Positions 48,876-59,706 of a stretch of 64,000 nt of DNA are shown piece after piece. The DNA is from Bacteroidota bacterium (lineage in GTDB: Bacteria; Bacteroidota; Bacteroidia; Palsa-965), in the NCBI GenBank assembly GCA_046046005.1, contig JBJOKQ010000001.1, positions 28 to 64,027 of the forward strand, written 5' to 3'. The notes under the pieces are model-generated. The model was given only the letters and a program-made list of their open reading frames with translations, had not been told where the DNA came from and did no database searches. Made by a program: the position numbers and the translations under genes. How positions within the stretch are numbered: the stretch's first letter is position 1; each line of letters starts with the position of its first letter.

Positions 48876-51800
48876 ATGAGCTCCGGAAAATCCAAACTAA
48901 AACAACTTAAGGACCTCAGTCACGCCGAACTTTTAAGTGAAGCTGAACACATGGCGGAGCGTTTACGTGCGTTGGAGTACAACGATGTAAATCACCGACC
49001 GGAAGTTAATGTGGAAATGGATCAGGAGTTGGTTCAGAAGAATCCGTTTCTGATTACTGAAATTCTTGATCAGGTTGATGAAGTTGTTTATTTCATCCGC
49101 ATCAACGAAGATGGTTCCCGCACGTTGAGATTTCTCAGTAAATCGACAGAAGAAATTCTTGGAATAAATCACGATGAATACATGGCCGATCCTGCCGCGT
49201 TGATTAATCGTGTTCATAAATCAGATGCTCCGGAAATTTTTGCTGCTGCACGAAAACTTCGGGAAACGAAGAAGCCTCTTGCGTTTGTTTACCGCTATCT
49301 CCATCCGAAAAAAGGCGAATATATATGGCTCGAAGAGAAAGTATATCCGCAATTTGAAAAAGACGGAAGATATGCAGCGAATCTCGGAATCTATCGCGAC
49401 GTAACGGATCGTATCAGAAACGAAGAGCTGATCAACGAAGCAAAGATTTCATTGGAAAGAGTGTTGAACTCCATTGATGAAGTTGTCTATCACATGGATC
49501 TCACACAACCGCCGGAGCAACGCATTCGCTTCGTCGGAACAAACATTGAAAAAGTTTTCGGAATTACGATTGATGAATTTCTCAAAGGAAACACTTCCTT
49601 TATCGATAACTGTCATCCGGAAGATGTTGAGGCTATTCGAAATCAAGCCGCACAAATGCGGGCAACGAAATCACCAGCAACATTTGTTTATCGTTATTTC
49701 CGCCAATCTGATCGTCAATACATTTGGGTTGAAGAACGCGTTATACCGTACTACAATGCAAATGGTGATCAAACTGAAATTTTCGGCGTAGCGCGCGATG
49801 TCTCCGAACAAATCAACAACAGGCAAAAACTTCAGCAAAGCGAAGAGCGTTTTCGTTTGCTGGCTCAGAATGCAGACGACATTATTTATCGCCTGATGTT
49901 TTATCCGGAGCCGCATTATGAATTCATCAGCGATTCATGCGAGCGTATTACCGGATATTCTCCGAAGGATTATTACAATGATGCGCAGTTGGGATTTAAA
50001 ACCGTTCATCCGGATGACGCTCCCAAAATGCAGGGTTCCGTGGAATTAATGCGGAATAACTCCGGAAAAATATTTTCTCACGACGCAGCACCATTGATCT
50101 TCCGCTCTTACAGAAAAGACGGACAATTAATCTGGACAGAAACCAACAACCGACCGATAATCGATAACTCCGGAATGGTTATCGGTATTGAAGGAATTTC
50201 CCGCGACATTACAGAACGAAAATCTGCGGAGCAGGAGGTTGTGAACAGTCGCGAAAGCTATCGCTCGCTGGTTGATGAACATCCGGACGGAATTGTAATC
50301 GCATCTCCCGACGGATTAATTGCATTCGTGAACAAATCAGTTTTGCGCATTACCAGAATAAATTCTGAATTAAAAATAATAGGTAAAAGTCTTACGGAAT
50401 TCCTCACGCCCGAACAACAACAACGTTCAGCCGAAAGAATGAAGAAGGTTGCCGGGGGAGAAGAAGTTCCTTTTGAAATTATACAACTGCTCAACACGCG
50501 CGGAGAAGTATTGGAAATGGAATCCCGTGTGATGAAATATCAATACTTGGGTAAACCCGCGTTTCTGGTTTTTCTTCGTGACATCAGCGCAGAAAGGAAA
50601 CTGCACACCGAACAGGTTCGTCTGCAGTTGGCCGAAGAAGCCAACAGAAAATTGCAACAGGAAATCCGCGATCGTATTAAAGCGGAACGCGAACTCAGCG
50701 CAGCACAAAAAAATCTGCGTTTGTTGATCGACAGTTCCCTGGATATGATCTGCGCTTCCGACCCTGATGGATATATTACCGAATTTAATGCCGCGGCACA
50801 ACACGCTTTTGGCTATTCGCTAAGTGAAGTAATCGGAAAGCACGTAACAATGCTTTACGTTATTCCTGATGAAAGAAATAAAGTTACCCGGCAGCTTAAC
50901 GAAGAAAGTGGATTTTTTTCCGGCGAAGTGCAGAACAGAAGAAAGGACGGAAGCATTTTCACAGCATTTCTTTCTGCAAGCACACTCAAAGATGAGCAAG
51001 GCAATGTGATAGGCTCAATGGGTGTATCGCGCGACATCTCTGCAATTAAAAATTCCGAAACAGAACTTCGACTCAACGAAGAAAAATACCGCGCCATTTA
51101 CAGTCAGGCGTACGTTGGTATTGCACTTGTTGATAAAGAGAATGAAAAATTCGAACAGGTAAATCAACGTCTTTGCGATATTCTCGGATTCACAATGGAG
51201 GAATTGCAGACGAAGTCAATTGAAGACCTGCGTATAAAAGGAGATCTTTCCAGATTGCCTTCCGGAAAAGATTTTATACGTCGCGGATTCGAACGTATTT
51301 TCGATGAGCAACGCTACAGAAACGCGGCCGGTGAAGAAGTAATATTCAACATTACAATTTCACTCATCAAAGATGAAAACGGGCAACCACTCTTTTTCGT
51401 TTACATCTATGAAGATATAACTCCGAAGAGAAAGGCCGAAGAACAGATCCGTATTCAGGCAGCAAAACTCAACGCGGTATTTGAAAGTTCTTCTCACATG
51501 ATCTGGACAATGGATCGTGAGTATAAACTCACATCATTCAACAACAACCAGATCAAATGGCTCAAAGATGTTTACGGTCTGAAACCGTATATCGGAATGC
51601 CGATGATGTCGGGAGCCATGATTTCAACCGAAGATTATAATTCATTCTGGAAAACAAAAGCAGATCAGGCGCTTGCCGGAGAAACTCTGAAATTCGAAAC
51701 GCTTTTTGAAAGTAAGAAGGGAATAAAATACTGGAGAGAAATATATCTCAATCCGATTCGCAACGAACGCGATGAAGTGGTGGAAATATCCTGTATTGCG

Positions 51801-52469
51801 CATGACATCACCGATCAGAAACTGGCAGAAGAAAACATCAAACAGTCGCTGAAAGAAAAAGAAGTTCTTCTGAAAGAAGTTCATCACCGCGTGAAGAACA
51901 ACCTTCAAGTGATCTCCAGTATTCTGAATTTGCAGTCTTCGTATGTGAAAGACAAAAAGAGTCTGGATCTGCTGCTTGAAAGTCAGAATCGCATTAAGTC
52001 AATGGCTTTCGTCCACGAAAGTCTTTATCAAACAAAAGACTTCTCCAATATCAATTTCTCTTCGTACGTTGAAAATATCACCAGCAATCTGGTTCACTCG
52101 TATTCCAATCCCGATAATCCTCCGCAACTCAAACTTGACCTCGACCCGATTCAGTTGAATCTTGATACTGCAATTCCATGCGGACTCATTATAAACGAAC
52201 TGATTTCAAACGCGCTCAAATACGCGTTTAAGGACAAGAAGGGCGGACAGCTGGACGTTACAGTAAAAACCAAAGGAAACGCCATTCAAATTGTAATTGC
52301 TGACAATGGTAAAGGGTTTCCCGACAATGTGGATTTCAGAAACACGGAATCTCTCGGCTTGCAGCTTGTAGTAACGCTGGTTGATCAAATCAACGGCAAA
52401 ATTGAGCTTGAAACGAAAAAAGGCGCTAAATTCACCATCGATTTCATTCCACCCGGAACCAACAATTAA
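48876..52469 (+). CDS. Multi-PAS-domain sensor histidine kinase (HisKA_2/HWE-type with HATPase_c), 1197 aa
   Basis: At least 8 PAS/PAC-like modules (recurring …FVYRY….D..Y.W.E… PAC motifs). H-box [19 protein letters not shown]-terminal ATPase motifs [12 protein letters not shown] and DNGKGFP. Confidence 0.8.
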   Translation: MSSGKSKLKQLKDLSHAELLSEAEHMAERLRALEYNDVNHRPEVNVEMDQELVQKNPFLITEILDQVDEVVYFIRINEDGSRTLRFLSKSTEEILGINHDEYMADPAALINRVHKSDAPEIFAAARKLRETKKPLAFVYRYLHPKKGEYIWLEEKVYPQFEKDGRYAANLGIYRDVTDRIRNEELINEAKISLERVLNSIDEVVYHMDLTQPPEQRIRFVGTNIEKVFGITIDEFLKGNTSFIDNCHPEDVEAIRNQAAQMRATKSPATFVYRYFRQSDRQYIWVEERVIPYYNANGDQTEIFGVARDVSEQINNRQKLQQSEERFRLLAQNADDIIYRLMFYPEPHYEFISDSCERITGYSPKDYYNDAQLGFKTVHPDDAPKMQGSVELMRNNSGKIFSHDAAPLIFRSYRKDGQLIWTETNNRPIIDNSGMVIGIEGISRDITERKSAEQEVVNSRESYRSLVDEHPDGIVIASPDGLIAFVNKSVLRITRINSELKIIGKSLTEFLTPEQQQRSAERMKKVAGGEEVPFEIIQLLNTRGEVLEMESRVMKYQYLGKPAFLVFLRDISAERKLHTEQVRLQLAEEANRKLQQEIRDRIKAERELSAAQKNLRLLIDSSLDMICASDPDGYITEFNAAAQHAFGYSLSEVIGKHVTMLYVIPDERNKVTRQLNEESGFFSGEVQNRRKDGSIFTAFLSASTLKDEQGNVIGSMGVSRDISAIKNSETELRLNEEKYRAIYSQAYVGIALVDKENEKFEQVNQRLCDILGFTMEELQTKSIEDLRIKGDLSRLPSGKDFIRRGFERIFDEQRYRNAAGEEVIFNITISLIKDENGQPLFFVYIYEDITPKRKAEEQIRIQAAKLNAVFESSSHMIWTMDREYKLTSFNNNQIKWLKDVYGLKPYIGMPMMSGAMISTEDYNSFWKTKADQALAGETLKFETLFESKKGIKYWREIYLNPIRNERDEVVEISCIAHDITDQKLAEENIKQSLKEKEVLLKEVHHRVKNNLQVISSILNLQSSYVKDKKSLDLLLESQNRIKSMAFVHESLYQTKDFSNINFSSYVENITSNLVHSYSNPDNPPQLKLDLDPIQLNLDTAIPCGLIINELISNALKYAFKDKKGGQLDVTVKTKGNAIQIVIADNGKGFPDNVDFRNTESLGLQLVVTLVDQINGKIELETKKGAKFTIDFIPPGTNN

Positions 52470-52474
52470 AAGAA

Positions 52475-53227
52475 ATGTCTAAAACCAACATCCTGATCGT
52501 TGAGGACGAAAGCATAGTAGCGAAGGACATCCAGATGAGTCTTCGTAAACTTGGTTATAACGTTGTGGCAATTTGCTCCAATGGAGAAGACGCAATTCGC
52601 GCCGCGGAAGAACACGCTCCGGATTTGGTGTTGATGGATATTATGCTGAAAGGCGATATGAGCGGAATTGAAGCGGCGGAGCAAATTCGTTCACGATTCA
52701 ACATGCCGATTATTTACCTTACAGCATACGCAGACGAAAGCACGCTGAGCAAAGCAAAAATTACTGAGCCTTACGGTTACATCATCAAACCGTTCAAGGA
52801 AATTGATTTGCGCACTTCCATTGAAATGGCGCAATACAAACACCAGAAAGAAACGGACGTACGCAAAGAGCGTGACTTCCTCTATTCCATTGTGGAGAAC
52901 AAGGATTTCAAAGACATCATCTTTGTAAAATCAAATTCACGACTGGTAAAAGTTCGCACCAAAGACATTTATTTCATTGAGGCGCTGAAGGATTATGTGG
53001 TGATCAATACGTTGAATGCGCGTTACACCATTCACTCCACAATGAAAGATATTGAGCGTAAACTTTCTCCTAACGAGTTTGTACGCGTACACCGTTCTTT
53101 CATTGTTCGCATTGACAAAATTGTAGCAATTGAATCACCGAATTTGTTGCTCGAAGACGAAAAGAAACCGATTCCTATCGGAGGTTCTTACAAAGACGAA
53201 CTGACGAAAAAGATCAATCAGGTATAA
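52475..53227 (+). CDS. LytTR-family response regulator (REC + LytTR DNA-binding domain)
   Basis: REC-domain phospho-acceptor context …LVLMDIMLKGD…. A LytTR-like C-terminal domain. It begins 6 bp after the kinase stop. Confidence 0.8.
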   Translation: MSKTNILIVEDESIVAKDIQMSLRKLGYNVVAICSNGEDAIRAAEEHAPDLVLMDIMLKGDMSGIEAAEQIRSRFNMPIIYLTAYADESTLSKAKITEPYGYIIKPFKEIDLRTSIEMAQYKHQKETDVRKERDFLYSIVENKDFKDIIFVKSNSRLVKVRTKDIYFIEALKDYVVINTLNARYTIHSTMKDIERKLSPNEFVRVHRSFIVRIDKIVAIESPNLLLEDEKKPIPIGGSYKDELTKKINQV

Positions 53228-53230
53228 ATG

Positions 53231-53263
53231 AAAATCCCCGCGAATTTTGCGGGGATTTTTTTT
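53231..53263. terminator. Bidirectional rho-independent terminator between the response regulator (+) and rnr (-)
   Basis: AAAA-TCCCCGCG-aatttt-GCGGGGA-TTTTTTTT. Confidence 0.75.
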
Positions 53264-53266
53264 GAA

Positions 53267-55600
53267 CTACTTTCTGCCCTTCCTTCCACGTTGCACTTTT
53301 CCTTTTCCGCGATTTTCTCCGCGATTATCATTTCGGTTGGAAGAATTGCCACCCGGATTCCACAGCTGCGGTTTCGTAGGGTGAAACATTCCGCCTTCAT
53401 CATCGTCATCATTTCTTCTTCTTGATGTTGTACCGGAAGCCTTGCTTTGGAAATCCACCAACTCAAAATCAATTTGCTTCTTGATAAGATCGGCGGATTT
53501 AATTTTCACATGAAGTTTATCGCCCAATGAAATTGTTTTGCCGCTTCTTACTCCGCGCAATCGGTAGCTTTCAGATTCAAAAACATATCTGTCGTCTTTA
53601 AGATTGCGGACATGCACCATGCCTTCACATTTATTGCCTTCAAGTTCAGCAAAGAATCCGAACTCGGTAACACCTGAAACCATGGCTTCAAATGTTTGAC
53701 CGATTTTATCCTGAAGAAATTGCACCTGCTTATATTTTATTGAGGCGCGCTCAGCTTCTGCCGCGAGTTTTTCTCTTTCGGAACAATGTTTACATTCTGC
53801 TTCCAGAGTTTCGATATCGGGAGGAGCCACGTTTGATTTACCTGCGTCTTTATCAAGGTACAGTTGCAACAAACGATGCGCAAGTACATCCGGATAACGA
53901 CGGATAGGAGAGGTGAAGTGAGAGTAGAACTGAAATCCTAATCCGTAGTGCCCGATGTTCTGAGTGGAATAAACCGCCTTGGACATTGTACGGATAGCAA
54001 GCGTTTCAATCATGTTCGCTTCCGGTTTTCCCTGTACATCTTTCAGAAGTTTGTTCAACGATTGCGCAATTGCTGCGTCACTTCCGGCGTTCATTTTATA
54101 TCCGAAGGTGTGAACGAAATTCGAGAACTCTTCCACTTTGTCCGGATTCGGCGCTGCGTGAATTCGGTAGACAAACGGTCTGCGATTGTCGGTTTGTTTC
54201 TTCGCTTCTTCACCGGCTTTTCTGCGAAGCGCAACATATTCTGCAACGCGTCTGTTCGCAAGCAACATGAAATCTTCAATGAGCTGATTCGACTCTTTCA
54301 TTACCTTGAAGTAAACGCCTGTAGGATTTGCGTTCTCATCCAAATGAAATTTAACTTCCTCGCGATCAAATGTGATGGAGCCCTTGCGTAATCTTTCTTC
54401 GCGAAGATTACGTGCAATTTTATTCAGAGTCAGAATTTCTTCCTTAAACGGGCCGTCGTTTCCTTCAATAATCAATTGCGCATCTTCATATGTAAAACGA
54501 TGATCGGAGTTGATCACCGTTCTTCCGAACCATTCGCGATGAATTTTTCCTTGTTCATCAAGTTCGAATACTGCAGAGAAAGTTAATTTCTCTTCATTCG
54601 GACGAAGTGAGCAAACAAAGTTTGAAAGCACTTCAGGCAACATCGGAACAACACGATCAACGAGATAAACAGACGTAGCGCGTTCAATAGCTTCTTTGTC
54701 CATTATTGTTCCCGGATGCAAATAATGAGAAACGTCAGCGATGTGAACACCAACTTCCCATTTACCGTCATCCAGTTTTCGTATTGACAGCGCATCATCA
54801 AAATCTTTTGCGTCGAACGGATCAATAGTGAAAGTTGTAATGGAGCGGAAGTCTCTGCGCTTCGCAATTTCCTCGGCAGTAATTTCAACCGGAATAAGAG
54901 AAGCAAAGCGCTCCACATCTTTAGGAAATTCATACGGAAGACCGTATTCCACCATTATTGCATGAATCTCTGTGTTGTTGTCGCCCGGTTCACCGAGAAT
55001 AGCCACAACTTCTCCTTGCGGTAAGTCAGAATAATCTTCCCAGGAAGAAAAACGAACAACAACTTTTTGTCCGTGCTTCGCTTTCCCGATTTTATCAAGC
55101 GGTACAATGAAATCCGGATATTTTCTGTTGTCCGTAATCCCGAAAGCCACTTTACGTTCTACTTCAAGTGTTGCAACAAAATCAGTTCTGCTGCGCTTCA
55201 CAATTTCAATTACTTCTCCTTCGCCGCCTCTTCCGAAAAGTTTAACACGAACTGTATCTCCATGCAAACTTGCCTTCGTGTTGCGCGGTGAAATGAATAC
55301 ATCTTTTTCGAAATCCGGAACCACAACATAGGCTGCGCCGGTTGCGGTCATCTCAATTACACCAACAGCTTCGCGTCCACCGCCTGCGAGCATAAACTTC
55401 CCGCGATCGGCCTCCTCCAGGACGCCTTTTGTCACCATATTGTCAAGCAATTCAGAAAGTATGCGCCGCTCCTCGGGCTTGTCTATGTTTAAGCCCGCCG
55501 CTACTTGTTTGTAATTCAGCGATTTGCCGCGCTGCGAGGTGAAGTATTTCAACACGTCTTCAAATAAAAAATTACCCTCTTTTTTAGATTTTCTCGCCAT
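53267..55600 (-). CDS. rnr: Ribonuclease R
   Basis: RNB catalytic-domain motifs (…DFDDALSI… region), a C-terminal S1 domain and a basic Lys/Arg/Gly tail. The ATG at 55600 (MARKSKKEG…) is preferred over the track start at 55624. Confidence 0.85.
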   Translation of the reverse strand: MARKSKKEGNFLFEDVLKYFTSQRGKSLNYKQVAAGLNIDKPEERRILSELLDNMVTKGVLEEADRGKFMLAGGGREAVGVIEMTATGAAYVVVPDFEKDVFISPRNTKASLHGDTVRVKLFGRGGEGEVIEIVKRSRTDFVATLEVERKVAFGITDNRKYPDFIVPLDKIGKAKHGQKVVVRFSSWEDYSDLPQGEVVAILGEPGDNNTEIHAIMVEYGLPYEFPKDVERFASLIPVEITAEEIAKRRDFRSITTFTIDPFDAKDFDDALSIRKLDDGKWEVGVHIADVSHYLHPGTIMDKEAIERATSVYLVDRVVPMLPEVLSNFVCSLRPNEEKLTFSAVFELDEQGKIHREWFGRTVINSDHRFTYEDAQLIIEGNDGPFKEEILTLNKIARNLREERLRKGSITFDREEVKFHLDENANPTGVYFKVMKESNQLIEDFMLLANRRVAEYVALRRKAGEEAKKQTDNRRPFVYRIHAAPNPDKVEEFSNFVHTFGYKMNAGSDAAIAQSLNKLLKDVQGKPEANMIETLAIRTMSKAVYSTQNIGHYGLGFQFYSHFTSPIRRYPDVLAHRLLQLYLDKDAGKSNVAPPDIETLEAECKHCSEREKLAAEAERASIKYKQVQFLQDKIGQTFEAMVSGVTEFGFFAELEGNKCEGMVHVRNLKDDRYVFESESYRLRGVRSGKTISLGDKLHVKIKSADLIKKQIDFELVDFQSKASGTTSRRRNDDDDEGGMFHPTKPQLWNPGGNSSNRNDNRGENRGKGKVQRGRKGRK

Positions 55601-55781
55601 TTTCTCGCTAAAAGTTAAACACATAATGAGATTCTGCTAAATGTACCCTAATCCCCCTGTGAAATCCCCTTCATTTTTTCTAAACTTTTTAACAAAATCC
55701 AACGAAAATTTCGTTGATTTGCAGTTCTGTGCTTTAACCTGCGGCAATCATGCTGAAGCGCAGCTAACTAATTGAAAAAAC

Positions 55782-58748
55782 ATGAAACAATTCGCTACGT
55801 TTTTTTCTTATGCTTCTAAGTCTGTAATTGCGCTTACCGTGCTGTTTTCATTAGCAGGAGCGCAGGACGCAAAGGCTTGTCACGGGGTTGCACTTGTGGG
55901 TCTAGTGACAAATAACACCGGCACCTCAATGACACTGGACGGTTCATCCGATGCAGCTACGTGTGGTTGCGGTCCGTATTACCTTGAAGTGGAAGTTACT
56001 TGCCAGCCGACATTTCAGGGTACGCCTCCGGTTTGGACAGATCCTTCATGGAATACTGCCGGTCAGCCTTACTACCATTCAATATTGAATATTCCTGGCT
56101 ATTCTGCTCCGTCATGGACAGACAATTGTTCAGTGGAACCATATACTCAGCTTGTTATTCCGTTCGCCAATTTATGCCCGGGAACACTTTATCATTGGAG
56201 ATATCGCGAAAACCCGGCTACCGGAACCCCTTCGGGATGGTTTAACCTTACAGACTTCACTACTCCGGGAACACCTCCCGCATCAATTCTCGTAGCTACT
56301 TCGGAGTTGCTTTCAACCGGTAATCCGCAGTATTCAGGATGCCCAGGAGACCTATTCCAACTTGATGCCAGCGTGAGCGGCGGATGCCCAGGTGCAACTT
56401 ATGCTTTCACTTGGACTCCTGCTTCAGGACTGAGCAATCCGAACATACCAAACCCGGTTTGTACATTGTCAACTAATATTACTTATACCGTTACAACTTC
56501 CGGAGGGTGCTTCACTATTACTACTGCCGACGATACCGTGAACCTTTCAATCGGCCCACCGCCGATCGCCGGTACTCCGCAAGCTTTCCCAACAGGACTT
56601 TGTTCCGGACAATCTGCATGGGTTGTACTTTCCGGGCAAACGCCGGGCACGACAATTCAATGGCAGGTTTCACCAAATGGAACCAACTGGTTTAACGTAC
56701 CGGGTGGAACAAACGATTCTCTCAATACAGGACCAATCAGTTCTTCGCTATTCTATCAGGCTATTGTTACAGGTAGCGGCTGGCCCGGTACCGGTTGCGG
56801 ATCCAGTACCTCTACAATTACACAAGTCTCGGTCAATCCTTCACCTGTAGCCAATGCCGGACAGAACATTTCAATTTGTGCCGGGGGAACCGCCAATCTT
56901 ACGGGTTCAGGAGGTGTAACTTACACCTGGCAACCAGGTAACCTGTCCGGATCTAACGTATCTGTGACACCATCGGGCAACACAACATACACATTGTATG
57001 TTACCGATGCGAGCGGATGTTCCGACTCCGACATGGTAAGCGTAAACATTTCAATTCCTACAATTACAGCCAGCCCATCGGTTAGTGTTTGTAATGGAAA
57101 CTCAACTGTAATTGTTGCTTCGGGTTCTTCCGGAATGACATACAGCTGGTCGCCGGCAGGAACACTTACCGGAGCAACCACACAGAACCCAACTGCTACA
57201 CCTACCGTTACAACAACGTACACTGTTGTAGGAACGAATTCATTCGGCTGTACAGCTACTGATTCGGTATTAGTAACGGTAACCACCGCACCACCACTTG
57301 CAGTAAGCAACGATACTTCACTTTGTAACGGCGGAGCAGCCGTACTTACTGCTAGCGGCGCAACAACTTATACCTGGCAGCCGGGAAATTTTAGCGGATC
57401 TTCGATTTCAGTTTCGCCGGTAACCACGACCACTTACGTTGTTGTAGGAAACACAAACAACTGTATCAGCAATGATACAATCATCGTAACCGTGGCTCCT
57501 CCGCTTGCAGTTTATGCAGGACCCGACTTCGGAGTTTGTGCAGGAACACAAATCACGATGAACGTTGGAGTTAGCGGAGGAACATACAGCTGGACACCTA
57601 CAGCTTCAATTGTAGGCAGCACAACTGCACAGTCAGTAATTGCTAACCCAACCGGAACGACTTCATATACAGTGAATGTTACGGATGCGAGCGGATGTGT
57701 TTCTGCAGATACAATCACCGTTACTGTAAACGGAATACCGACCGTTACAGCCTCAACTACTGACAACACAATTTGTGTGGGACAGAGCTCTAATGTGATG
57801 GCGGCCGGCGCAGCATCTTATGTATGGACGCCGAATATCAACATCGCTACACCAAACCAGTCCGGCAGCTCTGTTAACCCAACCAGCAATACAACTTACA
57901 CCGTTACAGGAACAGATGGTAACGGTTGCTCAGATACGGCGCAGGTAACTATTTATGTGAATCCGCTTCCTAATGTTCTTTTCTCTTCTCTGCCTTCTGA
58001 GTGCGGAGACACCAGCGGAATCATTTCGGTTGATGGACCAATAGCCGGAACTGGGCCGTTCACATATACAATGAATTCTCAACCCGTGATTTTCCCATTG
58101 GGATCATTTGCACCGGGAAGCTATAATGTAACCTACACAGATGCGAACGGATGTACGAACACTACTTCAGTTTTCGTGTTTCAGCAGAATACTGCGAGTG
58201 TTCAGGCTACAGCAGATCCGATATTCGGAACGTATCCTTTGCCGGTTAATTTCGGCGCACAGGCATCATCCGGCGTAAATAATTTCGTGTGGACATTCGG
58301 AGATGCCACCTTGCCGTCTAACACACAAAACCCTTCGCACACATACGGTGCTCCCGGAGTGTATGAAGTTGTTGTTACAGCATGGAACGATAATCCGCTT
58401 TGCGCAGTTACAGACACGATCTACATCGAAGTGGTGGAACAGGCAACCCTTGCTATGCCAAACGTATTTACACCGAATGCTGATGGAACGAATGATATTC
58501 TCGCGGCAACAATCAGCGGAGTTAAAGAAATCAATATTGAAATCTTCAACCGTTGGGGCAGTGTAGTTTACAGCGGAAGTCAATCCGGAATCAGCCCGGT
58601 ACCGCAGGATCTCAACTTGTGGGACGGTAAATCCAAAGGCGGAAAAGTTTGTGAAGACGGCGTTTACTACTACGTACTCACTGCGATCGGTTACGATACA
58701 AAAGCTTATCCGATGCAGGGATTTGTACAGTTGATCACAACTCCGTAA
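55782..58748 (+). CDS. Large secreted Ig-like repeat protein with a T9SS type-B (gliding motility-associated) C-terminal domain
   Basis: Signal peptide. About 10 Thr/Ser/Gly-rich beta-sandwich repeats (…CxG.sxxLTASGATTYTWxP…). C-terminal signature PNVFTPNADGTNDIL…IEIFNRWGSVVY. Confidence 0.8.
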   Translation: MKQFATFFSYASKSVIALTVLFSLAGAQDAKACHGVALVGLVTNNTGTSMTLDGSSDAATCGCGPYYLEVEVTCQPTFQGTPPVWTDPSWNTAGQPYYHSILNIPGYSAPSWTDNCSVEPYTQLVIPFANLCPGTLYHWRYRENPATGTPSGWFNLTDFTTPGTPPASILVATSELLSTGNPQYSGCPGDLFQLDASVSGGCPGATYAFTWTPASGLSNPNIPNPVCTLSTNITYTVTTSGGCFTITTADDTVNLSIGPPPIAGTPQAFPTGLCSGQSAWVVLSGQTPGTTIQWQVSPNGTNWFNVPGGTNDSLNTGPISSSLFYQAIVTGSGWPGTGCGSSTSTITQVSVNPSPVANAGQNISICAGGTANLTGSGGVTYTWQPGNLSGSNVSVTPSGNTTYTLYVTDASGCSDSDMVSVNISIPTITASPSVSVCNGNSTVIVASGSSGMTYSWSPAGTLTGATTQNPTATPTVTTTYTVVGTNSFGCTATDSVLVTVTTAPPLAVSNDTSLCNGGAAVLTASGATTYTWQPGNFSGSSISVSPVTTTTYVVVGNTNNCISNDTIIVTVAPPLAVYAGPDFGVCAGTQITMNVGVSGGTYSWTPTASIVGSTTAQSVIANPTGTTSYTVNVTDASGCVSADTITVTVNGIPTVTASTTDNTICVGQSSNVMAAGAASYVWTPNINIATPNQSGSSVNPTSNTTYTVTGTDGNGCSDTAQVTIYVNPLPNVLFSSLPSECGDTSGIISVDGPIAGTGPFTYTMNSQPVIFPLGSFAPGSYNVTYTDANGCTNTTSVFVFQQNTASVQATADPIFGTYPLPVNFGAQASSGVNNFVWTFGDATLPSNTQNPSHTYGAPGVYEVVVTAWNDNPLCAVTDTIYIEVVEQATLAMPNVFTPNADGTNDILAATISGVKEINIEIFNRWGSVVYSGSQSGISPVPQDLNLWDGKSKGGKVCEDGVYYYVLTAIGYDTKAYPMQGFVQLITTP

Positions 58749-58772
58749 TCGCAGAATCTATTGAAACAGAAA

Positions 58773-58806
58773 AGCGGCAGAATTATTTCTGCCGCTTTCG
58801 TTTTAT
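58773..58806 (+). terminator. Rho-independent terminator after the Ig-like repeat protein gene
   Basis: AGCGGCAGAA-ttat-TTCTGCCGCT followed by TTCGTTTT. Confidence 0.65.
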
Positions 58807-58889
58807 AATGAGTTGCTGTTAATGTGAAAAAGAAGGATGTCGTTTACGGACATCCTCATTATCATTAACCAAACCAATTCTTATTCAAC

Positions 58890-59615
58890 TTACTGTCGTA
58901 TAATCTTGTAACGACTAATTGATCCGTTACTGAGATGCGTTTCAACAGTATAAATTCCGGAGGCCCAATGTTGCGTTTCAACAACCGGATTCGGCCCGCG
59001 TGCTTCATGAACTATTTTACCCTGCGCATCACGTATGATTACGTTTTCGATACGCAGATTACTGTTAACACTGTTTATATACAACGGTCCATTTGACGGC
59101 ACAGGATACATTCGTATGTCCGCGACTTCCCTTTCCGGCCCGAGAGAACTAAGCGTATCAATGAGAAAGACATTGAGCGTAATGGAATCTTTTGTTGCAA
59201 ACGAAGAATTGGATCCATGCGAAACGGGCCAGACGACAACCACGTTGTTCCCGATGTGAAATCTTCCGCCCTGGCTTCCGGTCTGAAAATCTACCGGTAT
59301 AATAAATAAACTGCTGTCGCCGGGCAACAGATAGAAGAACTGATACAATTGATAATAAGTAATCGAGAAGGGCACAACGAGGCCCGTGTCAACATAACCT
59401 TCAATTGCAATAGAATCCACAAACGTAACGGAGTCGCTGTAGTTTTTGATATATGCTGCAATCGGAATGGAGTCGCCTGCAAAAGCAGTATCCGGCCATC
59501 CTGAAATACCATTAGGAGTGAAGCCTATCGTGTCCTGAGCTTTGAGGCCCGAGGGAGTCAGCGCTACTGAAAAAACAAAGATCAGCAGCTTCAATATTTG
59601 TTTTCCGAGCTTCAT
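58890..59615 (-). CDS. Secreted protein with a T9SS type-A C-terminal sorting domain
   Basis: Signal peptide. C-terminus …MYPVPSNGPLYINS…IRDAQGKIVH…ASGIYTVETHLSNGSISRYKIIRQ. Confidence 0.65.
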   Translation of the reverse strand: MKLGKQILKLLIFVFSVALTPSGLKAQDTIGFTPNGISGWPDTAFAGDSIPIAAYIKNYSDSVTFVDSIAIEGYVDTGLVVPFSITYYQLYQFFYLLPGDSSLFIIPVDFQTGSQGGRFHIGNNVVVVWPVSHGSNSSFATKDSITLNVFLIDTLSSLGPEREVADIRMYPVPSNGPLYINSVNSNLRIENVIIRDAQGKIVHEARGPNPVVETQHWASGIYTVETHLSNGSISRYKIIRQ

Positions 59616-59706
59616 ATGGTTTGTTCTTGAAGTTTATATCCGATACAAAAATAGATGCAGGGAAACAAAAAAACACCTAGATTTGGTTAATTCTTACGCG
59701 TTCAAG

